This document shows positions 10,156-18,934 of a stretch of DNA of 32,000 bases, one piece after another (position 1 is the stretch's first letter; every line of letters starts with the position of its first letter). Under the pieces are notes generated by a model that made no database searches, was not told the origin of the DNA, and saw only the letters and a list, made by a program, of their open reading frames with translations. Both the position numbers and the translations under genes were made by a program. This DNA is from Pseudomonas aeruginosa (GTDB taxonomy: Bacteria > Pseudomonadota > Gammaproteobacteria > Pseudomonadales > Pseudomonadaceae): NCBI RefSeq assembly GCF_001457615.1, contig NZ_LN831024.1:5400001-5432000 (forward strand), in the 5' to 3' direction.

Positions 10156-10623
10156 ATGGACAAATACGACCGTGCGCTCCTCGCCGCCCTGATCGACAAC
10201 GGCCGCCTGACCTTCGCCGAACTGGCCCGGCGCATCAACCTGTCGCCCCCGGCGGTGGCCGACCGGGTGGCCAAGCTGGAGGCCGAAGGGGTGATCACCG
10301 GCTACCACGCCTCGGTGAACCTGGCCAAGCTCGGCCTGCCCATCGAGTGCGTGATCGAACTGCGGATCACCGAGAAGGATTGCCAGTCGGTGCTCGACGA
10401 ACTGGCCCGGATCCCCCAACTGACCCTCTGCCACCGGATCACCGGCGACGCCTGCGTGCTGATGAAGGCCGCCGTGGCTTCGATGCCGGAGCTGCAGGAC
10501 CTGATCGACCGGCTGATGAAGTTCGGCATCAGCAAGACCTCGATGATCCTCTCCACCCCCTTCGCCGACCGCCAGCCGGCAAGCCTGCGGGGGCAGGACG
10601 GCAATGGCGGATGTGCGGCGTGA
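10156..10623 (+). CDS. Lrp/AsnC-family transcriptional regulator
   Basis: 155 aa. N-terminal HTH (LDKYDRALLAAL...TFAELARRINLSPPAVADRV) plus a C-terminal RAM/AsnC_trans_reg-like domain. Confidence 0.9.
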   Translation: MDKYDRALLAALIDNGRLTFAELARRINLSPPAVADRVAKLEAEGVITGYHASVNLAKLGLPIECVIELRITEKDCQSVLDELARIPQLTLCHRITGDACVLMKAAVASMPELQDLIDRLMKFGISKTSMILSTPFADRQPASLRGQDGNGGCAA

Positions 10624-10856
10624 GCCCTACGCCGGGGTTATCCGGCAGGCGTCGGGATCCGTACTTCATCGCCGCCACGAACCCGAACGGTAGGGCGCAT
10701 AACGCCAACGGCGTTATCCGCCGCAGCGGCACTCCCGGCCGATAGCGGAGCCGCCCTCACCCCAACTCTCTCCCTGAAGAGAGAGGGGATTCTCCGTACA
10801 AGCGTCGAATTCGCTGTCTCCAACGCCGCCGACGAACCCGAACCGTAGGGCGCCAG
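10621..10856. repeat. REP/BIME-like cluster of extragenic palindromes
   Basis: A perfect 8-bp palindrome ATAACGCC-aac-GGCGTTAT sits inside 10691-10722. A 28-nt direct repeat gccgccRacgaacccgaacSgtagggcgc occurs at 10671-10698 and 10825-10852. There is also a degenerate inverted copy at 10625-10660. Confidence 0.6.
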
Positions 10857-10857
10857 C

Positions 10858-10892
10858 AAAAAAAAAGGCGGTCCCGTTCGCACGGCACCGCC
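10858..10892 (-). terminator. Rho-independent terminator of the thiolase gene
   Basis: On the minus strand: GGCGGTGCCGT-gcga-ACGGGACCGCC followed by T9 (A-run 10858-10866 on the plus strand). It lies 55 nt downstream of the stop at 10947. Confidence 0.75.
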
Positions 10893-10946
10893 CAAGTCAC
10901 GGAGTTGCTTACATCGTCGAGCGACAAGGCCGCTCGCCCTATTGGA

Positions 10947-12224
10947 TTACCGCTCGATGATCGCGGTCACACCCTGCCCACCGGCGGCGCAGATGGAAAT
11001 CAGCCCGCGTCCCTGCTCCGCCAGCGAGAGCAGCTTGGCCAGGTTGGCGACGATCCGTCCTCCCGTGGCGGCGAACGGGTGGCCGGCGGCCAGTGAGCTG
11101 CCCTTGACGTTGAGCTTGCTGCGGTCGATGGAGCCCAGCGGCTGGTCGAGGCCGAGGCGGGTCTTGCAGTACTCGGGGTCTTCCCAGGCCTTCAGGGTGC
11201 AGAGCACCTGGGCGGCGAAGGCCTCGTGGATCTCGTAGTAGTCGAAGTCCTGCAGGCTCAGGCCGTTGCGTGCCAGCAGCCGCGGCACCGCGTAGACCGG
11301 CGCCATCAGCAGGCCCTCCTGGCGATCGACGAAGTTCACCGCCGCCGCCTCGCCGTCCTTGAAATAGGCCAGGATCGGCAGGCCGCGCGCCTTCGCCCAC
11401 TCCTCGCTGGCCAGCAGTACCACCGAGGCGCCGTCGGTCAGCGGCGTCGAGTTGGCCGCCGTGAGGGTGCCGCGCGAACCGCGCTCGAACACCGGCTTGA
11501 GGGTGCCGATCTTCTCCAGGTCGATATCCGGGCGCAGGTTCTGGTCGCGGGTCAGGCCGCGGAACGGCGTCATCAAGTCGTTCTGCCAGCCCTCCTCATA
11601 GGCCGCGGCCAGCTTGTGGTGGCTCTCGAAGGCCAGCCTGTCCTGCTCGTCGCGGGGGATCTGCCAGGTCTGCGCCATCAGTTCGCAGGACTCCCCCATC
11701 GACAGCCCGGTGCGCGGCTCGCCGTTGCGCGGGATGGCCGGGACCACGTGGCGCGGGCGGATCTTCAGCAGGCTCTTGAGCTTGTCCAGGTTGCTCTTGC
11801 CGCGGTTGGCCTCGAGGAGAATCTTGCGCAGGCCCTCGTTGACCCCGATCGGCGCGTCGGAAGTGGTGTCGACGCCGCCGGCGATGCCGCTGTCGATCTG
11901 CCCGAGGGCGATCTTGTTGGCCACCAGGATCGCCGCCTCCAGGCCGGTACCGCAGGCCTGCTGGATATCGTAGGCCGGGGTTTCCGGGGCCAGGCGCGAA
12001 CCGAGCACGCATTCGCGGGTCAGGTTGAAGTCGCGCGAATGCTTCAGCACGGCGCCGGCCACCACCTCGCCAAGGCGCTCTCCGTGCAGGTTGTAGCGCT
12101 CCACCAGGCCTTCCAGGGCGGAAGTGAGCATCTCCTGGTTGCTCGCCGTGGCGTACACGGTGTTCGAGCGGGCGAAGGGAATACGGTTGCCGCCGACAAT
12201 GGCGACCCGGCGCAGCTGGGTCAT
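10947..12224 (-). CDS. Acetyl-CoA C-acyltransferase (thiolase)
   Basis: 425 aa. Thiolase signatures: active-site Cys context QACGTGLEA, C-terminal GHPFAATGGR and ICAAGGQG. Confidence 0.9.
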   Translation of the reverse strand: MTQLRRVAIVGGNRIPFARSNTVYATASNQEMLTSALEGLVERYNLHGERLGEVVAGAVLKHSRDFNLTRECVLGSRLAPETPAYDIQQACGTGLEAAILVANKIALGQIDSGIAGGVDTTSDAPIGVNEGLRKILLEANRGKSNLDKLKSLLKIRPRHVVPAIPRNGEPRTGLSMGESCELMAQTWQIPRDEQDRLAFESHHKLAAAYEEGWQNDLMTPFRGLTRDQNLRPDIDLEKIGTLKPVFERGSRGTLTAANSTPLTDGASVVLLASEEWAKARGLPILAYFKDGEAAAVNFVDRQEGLLMAPVYAVPRLLARNGLSLQDFDYYEIHEAFAAQVLCTLKAWEDPEYCKTRLGLDQPLGSIDRSKLNVKGSSLAAGHPFAATGGRIVANLAKLLSLAEQGRGLISICAAGGQGVTAIIER

Positions 12225-12478
12225 GGAAGAACTCCTTGCTGGAATCGTTTACGCCGAGCCGAGGCTCGACCCGTTAACTGAGCGGTCAGTGGCGCACAGG
12301 CTAACCTTAGCCGGTCGCGTCGCATTGGCCGCCCTGCCGTTATCCCGGTCAGCGCGGTCAATTGCGGCGAACAGGTGGCTGCGTAGAGTTGTCCACACTG
12401 TTACCCGCGTTCCCTCGGCATCGTTGGCCGGCGGAATCCACCTTCAGCCTTGGAGCCTTTCCACCGGGAGCCCGTTCC

Positions 12479-14020
12479 ATGACCGATCGTTACATCGCCT
12501 TCGCCAACTCCCCCGTCGGCCGCCGCCTGGTTGGCGCCGTCGGCCTTCCCTCCCCGCTGCGCCTGGAGCGCTGGCAGGCCGGCCGGGTGCGGCCGGTGGA
12601 CGGCCCGCTGGTGATCGGCGGGAGCGGCGCGCTGGCCGAGGCCGTGCTGCCCTTCGCCGGCAAGCTGACCGACGCGGTGTTCGCCGCCGTCGACGGACAG
12701 TTCGAGCTACCGCGCTGGACCGCCGAGCACAGCCCGCGGGCCAAGGCGGTGCTGTTCGACGCCAGCGGCCTGACCCGCTTCGAGCAGTTGGTGGCGCTGC
12801 GCGACTTCTTCCAGCCGGTGCTCAAGGGCCTCGACAAGTGCCCGAAGGTGGTGGTCCTCGGACGCCCCCCCGAGTCTCTCAAGGACCCGGTCGCCGCCAG
12901 CGTGCAACGCAGCCTGGAAGGTTTCACCCGCTCCCTGGGCAAGGAAATCCGTCGCGGCGGCAACGTGCAGTTGCTGTACGTCGGCAAGGGCGCCGAGGAC
13001 CAACTGGAAGGCGCGCTGCGCTTCTTCCTCTCGCCGAAGAGCGCCTACGTCTCCGGCCAGGTGATCCGTCTTGCCGCCAACAGCGCCCAGGTCCACGACT
13101 GGAGCAAGCCGCTGGCCGGCCAGCGCGCACTGGTCACCGGCGCCGCCCGCGGCATTGGCGCGGCCATCGCGGAAACCCTGGCGCGCGACGGCGCGGAAGT
13201 GGTGCTGCTCGACGTGCCGCCGGCCAGGGAGGCCCTCGAAGGCCTCGCCGCGCGCCTCGGCGGTCGTGCCGTGGCCCTCGACATCTGCGCCGCGGACGCC
13301 GGGCAGCAACTGGTGGACGCGCTGCCGGAGGGCGTCGATATCGTCGTGCACAACGCCGGGATCACCCGCGACAAGACCCTGGCGAAGATGAGCAGCGACT
13401 TCTGGAACTCGGTGATCAACGTCAACCTCAATGCCCCGCAGGTGCTGACCCAGGCCCTGCTCGACGGCGGCAAGCTGCATGACAACGGCCGGGTGGTGTT
13501 GCTGGCGTCGATCAGCGGCATCGCCGGCAACCTCGGGCAGAGCAACTACGCGGTGAGCAAGGCCGGCCTGATCGGCCTGGCCCAGGCCTGGGCGCCGGCG
13601 CTGGGCAAGCGCGGCATCACCATCAACGCGGTGGCGCCGGGCTTCATCGAGACGCAGATGACCGCCGCCATTCCGCTGACCATCCGCGAGGCCGGCCGGC
13701 GGATGAACTCCATGAGCCAGGGCGGCCTGCCGCAGGACGTCGCCGAAACGGTGGCCTGGTTCGCCCAGCCGTCGTCCGGCGCGGTCAGCGGCCAGGTGCT
13801 GAGGGTGTGCGGGCAGAGCCTGCTGGGGCCTGAGGCGGCCCCTGACTCCCCGGCAACAGGACGCCGACCCGGTAGGGCGGATAACGCCAACGGCGTTATC
13901 TGGCCCTGCACCGGGAAACCACCGGTAGCCCCTTCGGACAGGCCCTACCCGCGCCCCTGCTGCCCGCGCCGGCGGAACTCCACCGGCGTCTCGCCGACCC
14001 AGCGCTTGAACGCGCGATAG
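12479..14020 (+). CDS. Two-domain short-chain dehydrogenase/reductase (3-oxoacyl reductase-like) with an apparent C-terminal read-through tail
   Basis: The ATG at 12479 follows GGGAG. SDR motifs TGAARGIGAA, NAG, and S...YAVSKAG (YxxxK). Conserved-looking sequence ends at ...VLRVCGQSLLG (about 13828). The remaining 64 codons cross a REP element and overlap the convergent AraC gene. Confidence 0.75.
   Translation: MTDRYIAFANSPVGRRLVGAVGLPSPLRLERWQAGRVRPVDGPLVIGGSGALAEAVLPFAGKLTDAVFAAVDGQFELPRWTAEHSPRAKAVLFDASGLTRFEQLVALRDFFQPVLKGLDKCPKVVVLGRPPESLKDPVAASVQRSLEGFTRSLGKEIRRGGNVQLLYVGKGAEDQLEGALRFFLSPKSAYVSGQVIRLAANSAQVHDWSKPLAGQRALVTGAARGIGAAIAETLARDGAEVVLLDVPPAREALEGLAARLGGRAVALDICAADAGQQLVDALPEGVDIVVHNAGITRDKTLAKMSSDFWNSVINVNLNAPQVLTQALLDGGKLHDNGRVVLLASISGIAGNLGQSNYAVSKAGLIGLAQAWAPALGKRGITINAVAPGFIETQMTAAIPLTIREAGRRMNSMSQGGLPQDVAETVAWFAQPSSGAVSGQVLRVCGQSLLGPEAAPDSPATGRRPGRADNANGVIWPCTGKPPVAPSDRPYPRPCCPRRRNSTGVSPTQRLNAR
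13872..13904. repeat. REP palindrome
   Basis: gtagggcggATAACGCCaacGGCGTTATctggc, the same family as 10691-10722 and 20849-20881. Confidence 0.6.
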
Positions 14021-14946
14021 AAGGTGCTCGGCTCGGAAAACCCGGTGCGTTCGACGATCACTTCGATGCGCTCGTCGGTCTTCAGCAGCAGTTCCTTGGC
14101 CAGTCGGCAGCGGTAGTCGGTGACCAGGTCGTTGAAGCGCACCCCGGCCATCGCCAGGCGTTCGCGCAGACGTCGGGCCGGCATGCCGAGGCGCGCGGCG
14201 ACCTGCTCCAGGGTGGCGCCTCCGTCCACCAGCAACTCGCCGATCAGTTCGCGGACCTGGCGCACCAGGTCCAGGCGCTCCACCTCGGCCAGTTGCCGGC
14301 GCGCCAGCGACTCGTGCATGCGCAGCAGTTCCGGGGCGGCGTGGCGCGAGGGTTTGTCCAGCACCGCGGCATCGAATACCAGCGCGTAGCGCGGCATGCC
14401 GAGGATCGTCGGGCAGCCGTAGACCGCACGGTAGCGCTCCATCGGCGCGCCGGTTTCGTTCATCAGTTGCACTTCCAGCGGCTTGAACTCGCCCTCGGTG
14501 AGCGCGCCGAACAGGCGGATCACCGCGCCGGCGAGCATTTCCGGGAAGTGGCGGTTGATCGCCGGCGATTCGCCCAGCGACAGCACCGCGCGCTCGCCCT
14601 CCACCTCCAGTTGCGCCTGCAGGGTGTCGGACAGCAGGCGTACGTAGCGCAGGGAATGGCGCAGGCCGGCGCCGAAGGTATCGCTGGAGAGGAACAGGTA
14701 TTCCAGGAGCAGGCCGTGGAACGCCGGCAGGTGCTCGGCCAGGTGCAGGCCGACATGCTCTTCGCCGCACTCGTCGGCGGCGGCCTTCCAGAACAGGTTC
14801 TGTGCGGAATGGGGGAAACGGCCGGCCGGCAGGCCACCCGGCGGCAGCCCGACACGGACCAGGACCCGGTCCGGATCGCAGCCGCTGGCGCGCAGGGCGT
14901 CGATCACCGGGCGCATCAGCGCTACATCGTCGGTCAGATCACGCAT
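13945..14946 (-). CDS. AraC-family transcriptional regulator
   Basis: 333 aa. The C-terminal double HTH includes IVERTGFSEPSTFYRAFKRW, and the N-terminal domain is ligand-binding-like. Confidence 0.85.
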   Translation of the reverse strand: MRDLTDDVALMRPVIDALRASGCDPDRVLVRVGLPPGGLPAGRFPHSAQNLFWKAAADECGEEHVGLHLAEHLPAFHGLLLEYLFLSSDTFGAGLRHSLRYVRLLSDTLQAQLEVEGERAVLSLGESPAINRHFPEMLAGAVIRLFGALTEGEFKPLEVQLMNETGAPMERYRAVYGCPTILGMPRYALVFDAAVLDKPSRHAAPELLRMHESLARRQLAEVERLDLVRQVRELIGELLVDGGATLEQVAARLGMPARRLRERLAMAGVRFNDLVTDYRCRLAKELLLKTDERIEVIVERTGFSEPSTFYRAFKRWVGETPVEFRRRGQQGRG

Positions 14947-15206
14947 GGTGTTTTTTCTAGTTATCCATGGGGCGGGCCCATCTTAGGCAGCTTTGCCATC
15001 CCCTCTCAAGGAGAGGCCATAGAAATAACCCATCCCGCATGACGGAAAAACCCTCAGATCGACTAGCCGCCGGCGTGGTCGAAAATCTCGATGCAGACGC
15101 ATCCCGGAGCCGATTGACCGCCCTGCCAGCGGCGTCGGCCAGGCGGCCAATGCCTGCTGCGGGTGCTCGACTAAGCTGACAGCCACCTATTTCGAGGAGA
15201 TGTCCA

Positions 15207-16064
15207 ATGCCCACCGCCTGGCTCGACCTGCCCGCCCCACCCGCCCTGCCCGGCCTGTTCCTGCGCGCCGCACTGCGCCGCGGCATCCGCGGCAAGGCCC
15301 TGCCCGAGCGCGGCCTGCGCAGCCAGGTCACGGTGGACCCGAAGCACCTCGAGCGCTACCGCCAGGTCTGCGGCTTCCGCGACGACGGCCTGCTGCCGCC
15401 GACCTACCCGCACATCCTCGCCTTCCCGCTGCAGATGGCGCTGCTCACCGACAAGCGCTTCCCCTTCCCGCTGCTCGGCCTGGTCCACCTGGAGAACCGC
15501 ATCGACGTGCTGCGCGCGCTCGGCGGCCTCGGCCCGTTCACCGTGAGCGTCGCGGTGGAAAACCTGCAACCGCACGACAAGGGCGCCACCTTCAGCATCG
15601 TCACCCGCCTGGAAGACCAGCTTGGCCTGCTCTGGGTCGGCGACAGCAAGGTGCTCTGCCGCGGCGTCAAGGTGCCCGGCGAAATTCCGCCGAAAGCCGA
15701 GCAGGAGCCGCTGCCGCTGGAGCCGGTCGACAACTGGAAGGCGCCCGCCGACATCGGCCGGCGCTATGCCCGTGCCGCCGGCGACTACAACCCGATCCAC
15801 CTGTCGGCGCCCAGCGCCAAGCTGTTCGGCTTTCCCCGCGCCATCGCCCACGGCCTGTGGAACAAGGCTCGCAGCCTGGCCGCCCTCGGCGAGCGACTGC
15901 CAGCCTCGGGCTATCGGGTCGAGGTGCGCTTCCAGAAGCCAGTGCTGCTGCCGGCCAGCCTCACCCTCCTCGCCAGCGCGGCGGCGGCGGACGGCCAGTT
16001 CAGCCTGCGCGGCAAGGACGACCTGCCGCACATGGCCGGGCATTGGAGCCGGCTACAGGGCTGA
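15207..16064 (+). CDS. MaoC-like (R-specific enoyl-CoA hydratase / hot-dog fold) protein
   Basis: 285 aa. GAGGAG lies 7 nt upstream of the ATG. Hydratase-2 motif GDYNPIHLS...AIAHG. Confidence 0.8.
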   Translation: MPTAWLDLPAPPALPGLFLRAALRRGIRGKALPERGLRSQVTVDPKHLERYRQVCGFRDDGLLPPTYPHILAFPLQMALLTDKRFPFPLLGLVHLENRIDVLRALGGLGPFTVSVAVENLQPHDKGATFSIVTRLEDQLGLLWVGDSKVLCRGVKVPGEIPPKAEQEPLPLEPVDNWKAPADIGRRYARAAGDYNPIHLSAPSAKLFGFPRAIAHGLWNKARSLAALGERLPASGYRVEVRFQKPVLLPASLTLLASAAAADGQFSLRGKDDLPHMAGHWSRLQG

Positions 16065-16145
16065 CGCCGGTCCGCCATGCCTTGAAGCTTCGGGCGCAAA
16101 GCCCGAAGCTATGCGGCTGCTTACCGCCACCGCGAAGAATCCCCC

Positions 16146-16451
16146 ATGGACCTGCACGAACTCACCGCGCGCCTGCACGCCATCCGCGACCGCAACGACT
16201 GGCGCCAATTCCACAGCCCGAAGAACCTGGCCATGGCCGCCAGCGTCGAGATGGCCGAACTGGTGGAGATCTTCCAGTGGCTGACGGAAGACCAGTCGCG
16301 CACGCTGTCGGCCGAGCAGCTCGAACACGCTGGCCAGGAAGTTGGCGACATCGTCCTTTATCTGCTGCTGTTCTGCGGGGAAACCGGCCTCGACCTGGAA
16401 CAGGTGGTGCGCGCCAAGCTGGCCGACTGCGAACGGCGCTTCCTGCCATGA
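16146..16451 (+). CDS. MazG-like nucleotide pyrophosphohydrolase
   Basis: 101 aa, with RDW.QFHSPKNL.MA...EMAEL..IFQW, typical of the small all-alpha MazG/YpjD type. Confidence 0.75.
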   Translation: MDLHELTARLHAIRDRNDWRQFHSPKNLAMAASVEMAELVEIFQWLTEDQSRTLSAEQLEHAGQEVGDIVLYLLLFCGETGLDLEQVVRAKLADCERRFLP

Positions 16452-17197
16452 GCGACCGCCATTTCGACGAACTGGCGACGCGCTTCGCCGAAAAGATCTA
16501 TGGCGGCGCCAAGGGTGCGATCCGCCTCGCGGTACTCCAGGCCGACCTCGCCGAGGCCCTCCCGGAGCGACCTCTGCGGGTCCTCGACATCGGCGCCGGG
16601 CTCGGCCACATGTCGCTCTGGCTGGCCGCTCGCGGCCACCGCGTAACCCTCGCCGAGCCAGCGCAACCCATGCTCGACGGCGCCCGCCAGCGCTTCGCCG
16701 AAGCCGGGCAGGCCGCCGAATTCATCCAGGCGCCCTGGCAGGAACTGCTCGGCCAGCTCACCGAGCCCTACGACCTGGTGCTCTGCCACGCCGTGCTCGA
16801 GTGGCTGGCCGAACCCCATGCGATCCTGCCGGTGCTGCACCAACTCTGCGCACCCGGCGGCTGGCTGTCGCTGGCCTTCTACAATCGCGACGCGCTGATC
16901 TACCGCAACCTGCTCAAGGGCCACTTCCGCAAGCTGCGCAAGCAACGCTTCGCTGGCGAGGGGCAGAGCCTGACCCCGCAGCGCCCGCTCGACCCGCGCG
17001 AGCTGGAACAGGCGCTGGCAGCGCGTTGGCGCATCGAGGCGCGCAGCGGCGTGCGGGTGTTCCACGACTACATGCCGAGCGAGTTCCAGGCCAAGGCCGA
17101 ACGGCTCGACCTGGTGGAAATGGAACTGGCCTACCGCCGCCACCCGGCCTTTGCCGGGCTTGGCCGCTACCTGCACTGGCTGTGCCGCCCGCAATGA
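16448..17197 (+). CDS. cmoM: SAM-dependent methyltransferase, CmoM/SmtA homologue
   Basis: 249 aa. The ATGA start overlaps the mazG-like stop. DRHFDELATRFAEKIYG, VLDIGAGLG, GVRVFHDY and LGRYLH align with E. coli CmoM as I recall it. Confidence 0.8.
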   Translation: MSDRHFDELATRFAEKIYGGAKGAIRLAVLQADLAEALPERPLRVLDIGAGLGHMSLWLAARGHRVTLAEPAQPMLDGARQRFAEAGQAAEFIQAPWQELLGQLTEPYDLVLCHAVLEWLAEPHAILPVLHQLCAPGGWLSLAFYNRDALIYRNLLKGHFRKLRKQRFAGEGQSLTPQRPLDPRELEQALAARWRIEARSGVRVFHDYMPSEFQAKAERLDLVEMELAYRRHPAFAGLGRYLHWLCRPQ

Positions 17198-17262
17198 AAG
17201 GCGCAGAATGCAGTCTGAGCCTGCAAGGGCCGCCGACGTAGCGCGGCCACGGAGCGTCGAGC

Positions 17263-17883
17263 ATGCAATCGCGACTGTTGATCCTGCCGTTACTCGCCAG
17301 CCTGGCCGCCCTCGGTGCCTGCCAGGGCGACAATCCCTACCGCGCCAGCTCTCTGCCCTACCCGCCGCAGCCGGCCGCCGCGGCCAATCCCGGCCTCGAT
17401 CCCGGGGCCTATCCGGCGGCGCCGCGCGACTACGCCCGCTACCGTAGCTGGAGCTGGGCCGCCGCCGGGGTCAGCGGCTTTCCCCAGGGCCTGGACGACA
17501 ACCAGTTGCGCGACGCCGTCAGCCAGCAGCTCGACCAGCGCGGCCTGCGCCCGGCGCGGCCGGGCAGCGCGGCCGACCTGCAGGTCAGCGCGTTCCTGCG
17601 CAACGAACTGCGCACCCGCCAGGTCACCGACTACTACGGCGGCTACTACGGCAACTACGGCGGCTGGCGCGATCCCTGGTACGGCTATGGCGCCAGCTAC
17701 CCGGTGACCCGCAGCTACACCGTGCAGGTCACCGTGGTCCGCGTCGAGCTGAACGACGCCCGCAGCGGCCAGCCGGTGTGGGGCAACAGCGCCGAGTTCG
17801 ACTCCGGCGACTCCGCCAGCGAACAGGCCAAGGCCCTGCGCGAAGCGGTGAAACGGGCGCTGTCGAGCTACCCGCCGGGCTGA
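17263..17883 (+). CDS. DUF4136-type lipoprotein with Gly/Tyr/Trp-rich insert
   Basis: 206 aa. Signal peptide plus lipobox LAALGAC. Paralogous to 18935-19498 through shared motifs YRSWSW, QQLDQRGLRPA and SxYPP. Confidence 0.7.
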   Translation: MQSRLLILPLLASLAALGACQGDNPYRASSLPYPPQPAAAANPGLDPGAYPAAPRDYARYRSWSWAAAGVSGFPQGLDDNQLRDAVSQQLDQRGLRPARPGSAADLQVSAFLRNELRTRQVTDYYGGYYGNYGGWRDPWYGYGASYPVTRSYTVQVTVVRVELNDARSGQPVWGNSAEFDSGDSASEQAKALREAVKRALSSYPPG

Positions 17884-18803
17884 TCGGCGAGCACCCGGCG
17901 GCGGATCGCCTCCATCTTCCTGGGCGAGTTGCTCATCACCGCGTCGGCGCCCAGGGCGCGCGCGGTGCGGTAGTCCTCGGCGGTCTCGATGCCGAACATC
18001 ACCACCTTCACCGGCTCGCGGCGCACGCAGTCCATCGCTTTGCGCGTCCACAACTGCGCCGCCGGCACCTTGTAGGAAGACTCGCCAAGGGTGAAGCGCT
18101 CGGTCACCGTCAGTTCGCGGCGCAGCTCGATGCCCATCCAGGTGCCGCCGGCCGGCGGTGCCTCGCAGCGCTCGCCGAAGGCCAGGCCGACCAGGCGGTT
18201 GCGCGTCGCATCGCGGCTTTCGAACTGTCGCGCGCGGTCCGCGTAGCGCTGCGTCAGGTAGTCGTTGGCGGCCTTCTCGGTGGAATAGAAACGCACCCGC
18301 GACCAGGCCTTCTGCCGCTCCAGCTCGCCGGCCACGGCATCGACCAGCGGCTCCACCGGCAGCGACTTCATGTCGAGGAACACCGGCACCTGCGGCGGGA
18401 TCGCCCGCAGCGCCTGGCGCAGCGTAGGAATCCGCAGCGGCTTCTGGCGGTAGGGATAGCTGCCGTCCTCGGCCTTGAACATATAGCCGGCGTTCAAGCG
18501 CGCCAGCTCGGCCAGGCTCGACTGGCCGACCGCGCCGGCGCCCTGGGTCAGGACCGCCAGGTCAGCGGGGCGATAGAGCACCGGATGGCCATCGGCGCTC
18601 AACTGCACCGACAACCATAGCGCGTCGGCGCCGTTGTCCAGCGCCTTGCGGATCGCCAGCAGGGTGTTCTCCGGGTAGTCCGCGGTGCCGGCGCGATGGG
18701 CCACCAGCAGCGGGCCCGGGCCATCCGCCGGTACCACCGAGCGTGCCTCGACGCAGCCGGTCAGCGACAGGCCCAGCAGCAGGATCGCAATACTTCGATT
18801 CAT
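17868..18803 (-). CDS. Glycerophosphodiester phosphodiesterase-family lipoprotein
   Basis: 311 aa. Lipobox LSLTGC and GDPD motif AHRAGTADYPENTLLA. The convergent 16-nt overlap is with the preceding gene. Confidence 0.8.
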   Translation of the reverse strand: MNRSIAILLLGLSLTGCVEARSVVPADGPGPLLVAHRAGTADYPENTLLAIRKALDNGADALWLSVQLSADGHPVLYRPADLAVLTQGAGAVGQSSLAELARLNAGYMFKAEDGSYPYRQKPLRIPTLRQALRAIPPQVPVFLDMKSLPVEPLVDAVAGELERQKAWSRVRFYSTEKAANDYLTQRYADRARQFESRDATRNRLVGLAFGERCEAPPAGGTWMGIELRRELTVTERFTLGESSYKVPAAQLWTRKAMDCVRREPVKVVMFGIETAEDYRTARALGADAVMSNSPRKMEAIRRRVLADQPGG

Positions 18804-18934
18804 TTCATTCTCCCGTCGCGCCCTATAGGGCGGGTGCTCGCCAACGTTACTTGTGGAGACGCTTCAAACCCGCGTTTCCTCTTGCCTTTCATCCGGCGCT
18901 GAGCTTGGATGTGAACTCTGACTGGAGAAAAACC

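Noticed and set aside
12707-14770. 687-aa minus-strand ORF spanning the SDR and AraC genes
   Set aside because: Same artefact class (RRRACRPAPGRAPAG...). It crosses two well-supported genes and a REP element.
15200-17197. 665-aa plus-strand ORF fusing the MaoC, MazG and CmoM regions
   Set aside because: Only its last 249 codons (from ATG 16448) are in the true cmoM frame. Upstream it is an Arg/Pro-rich off-frame read-through of maoC and mazG-like.
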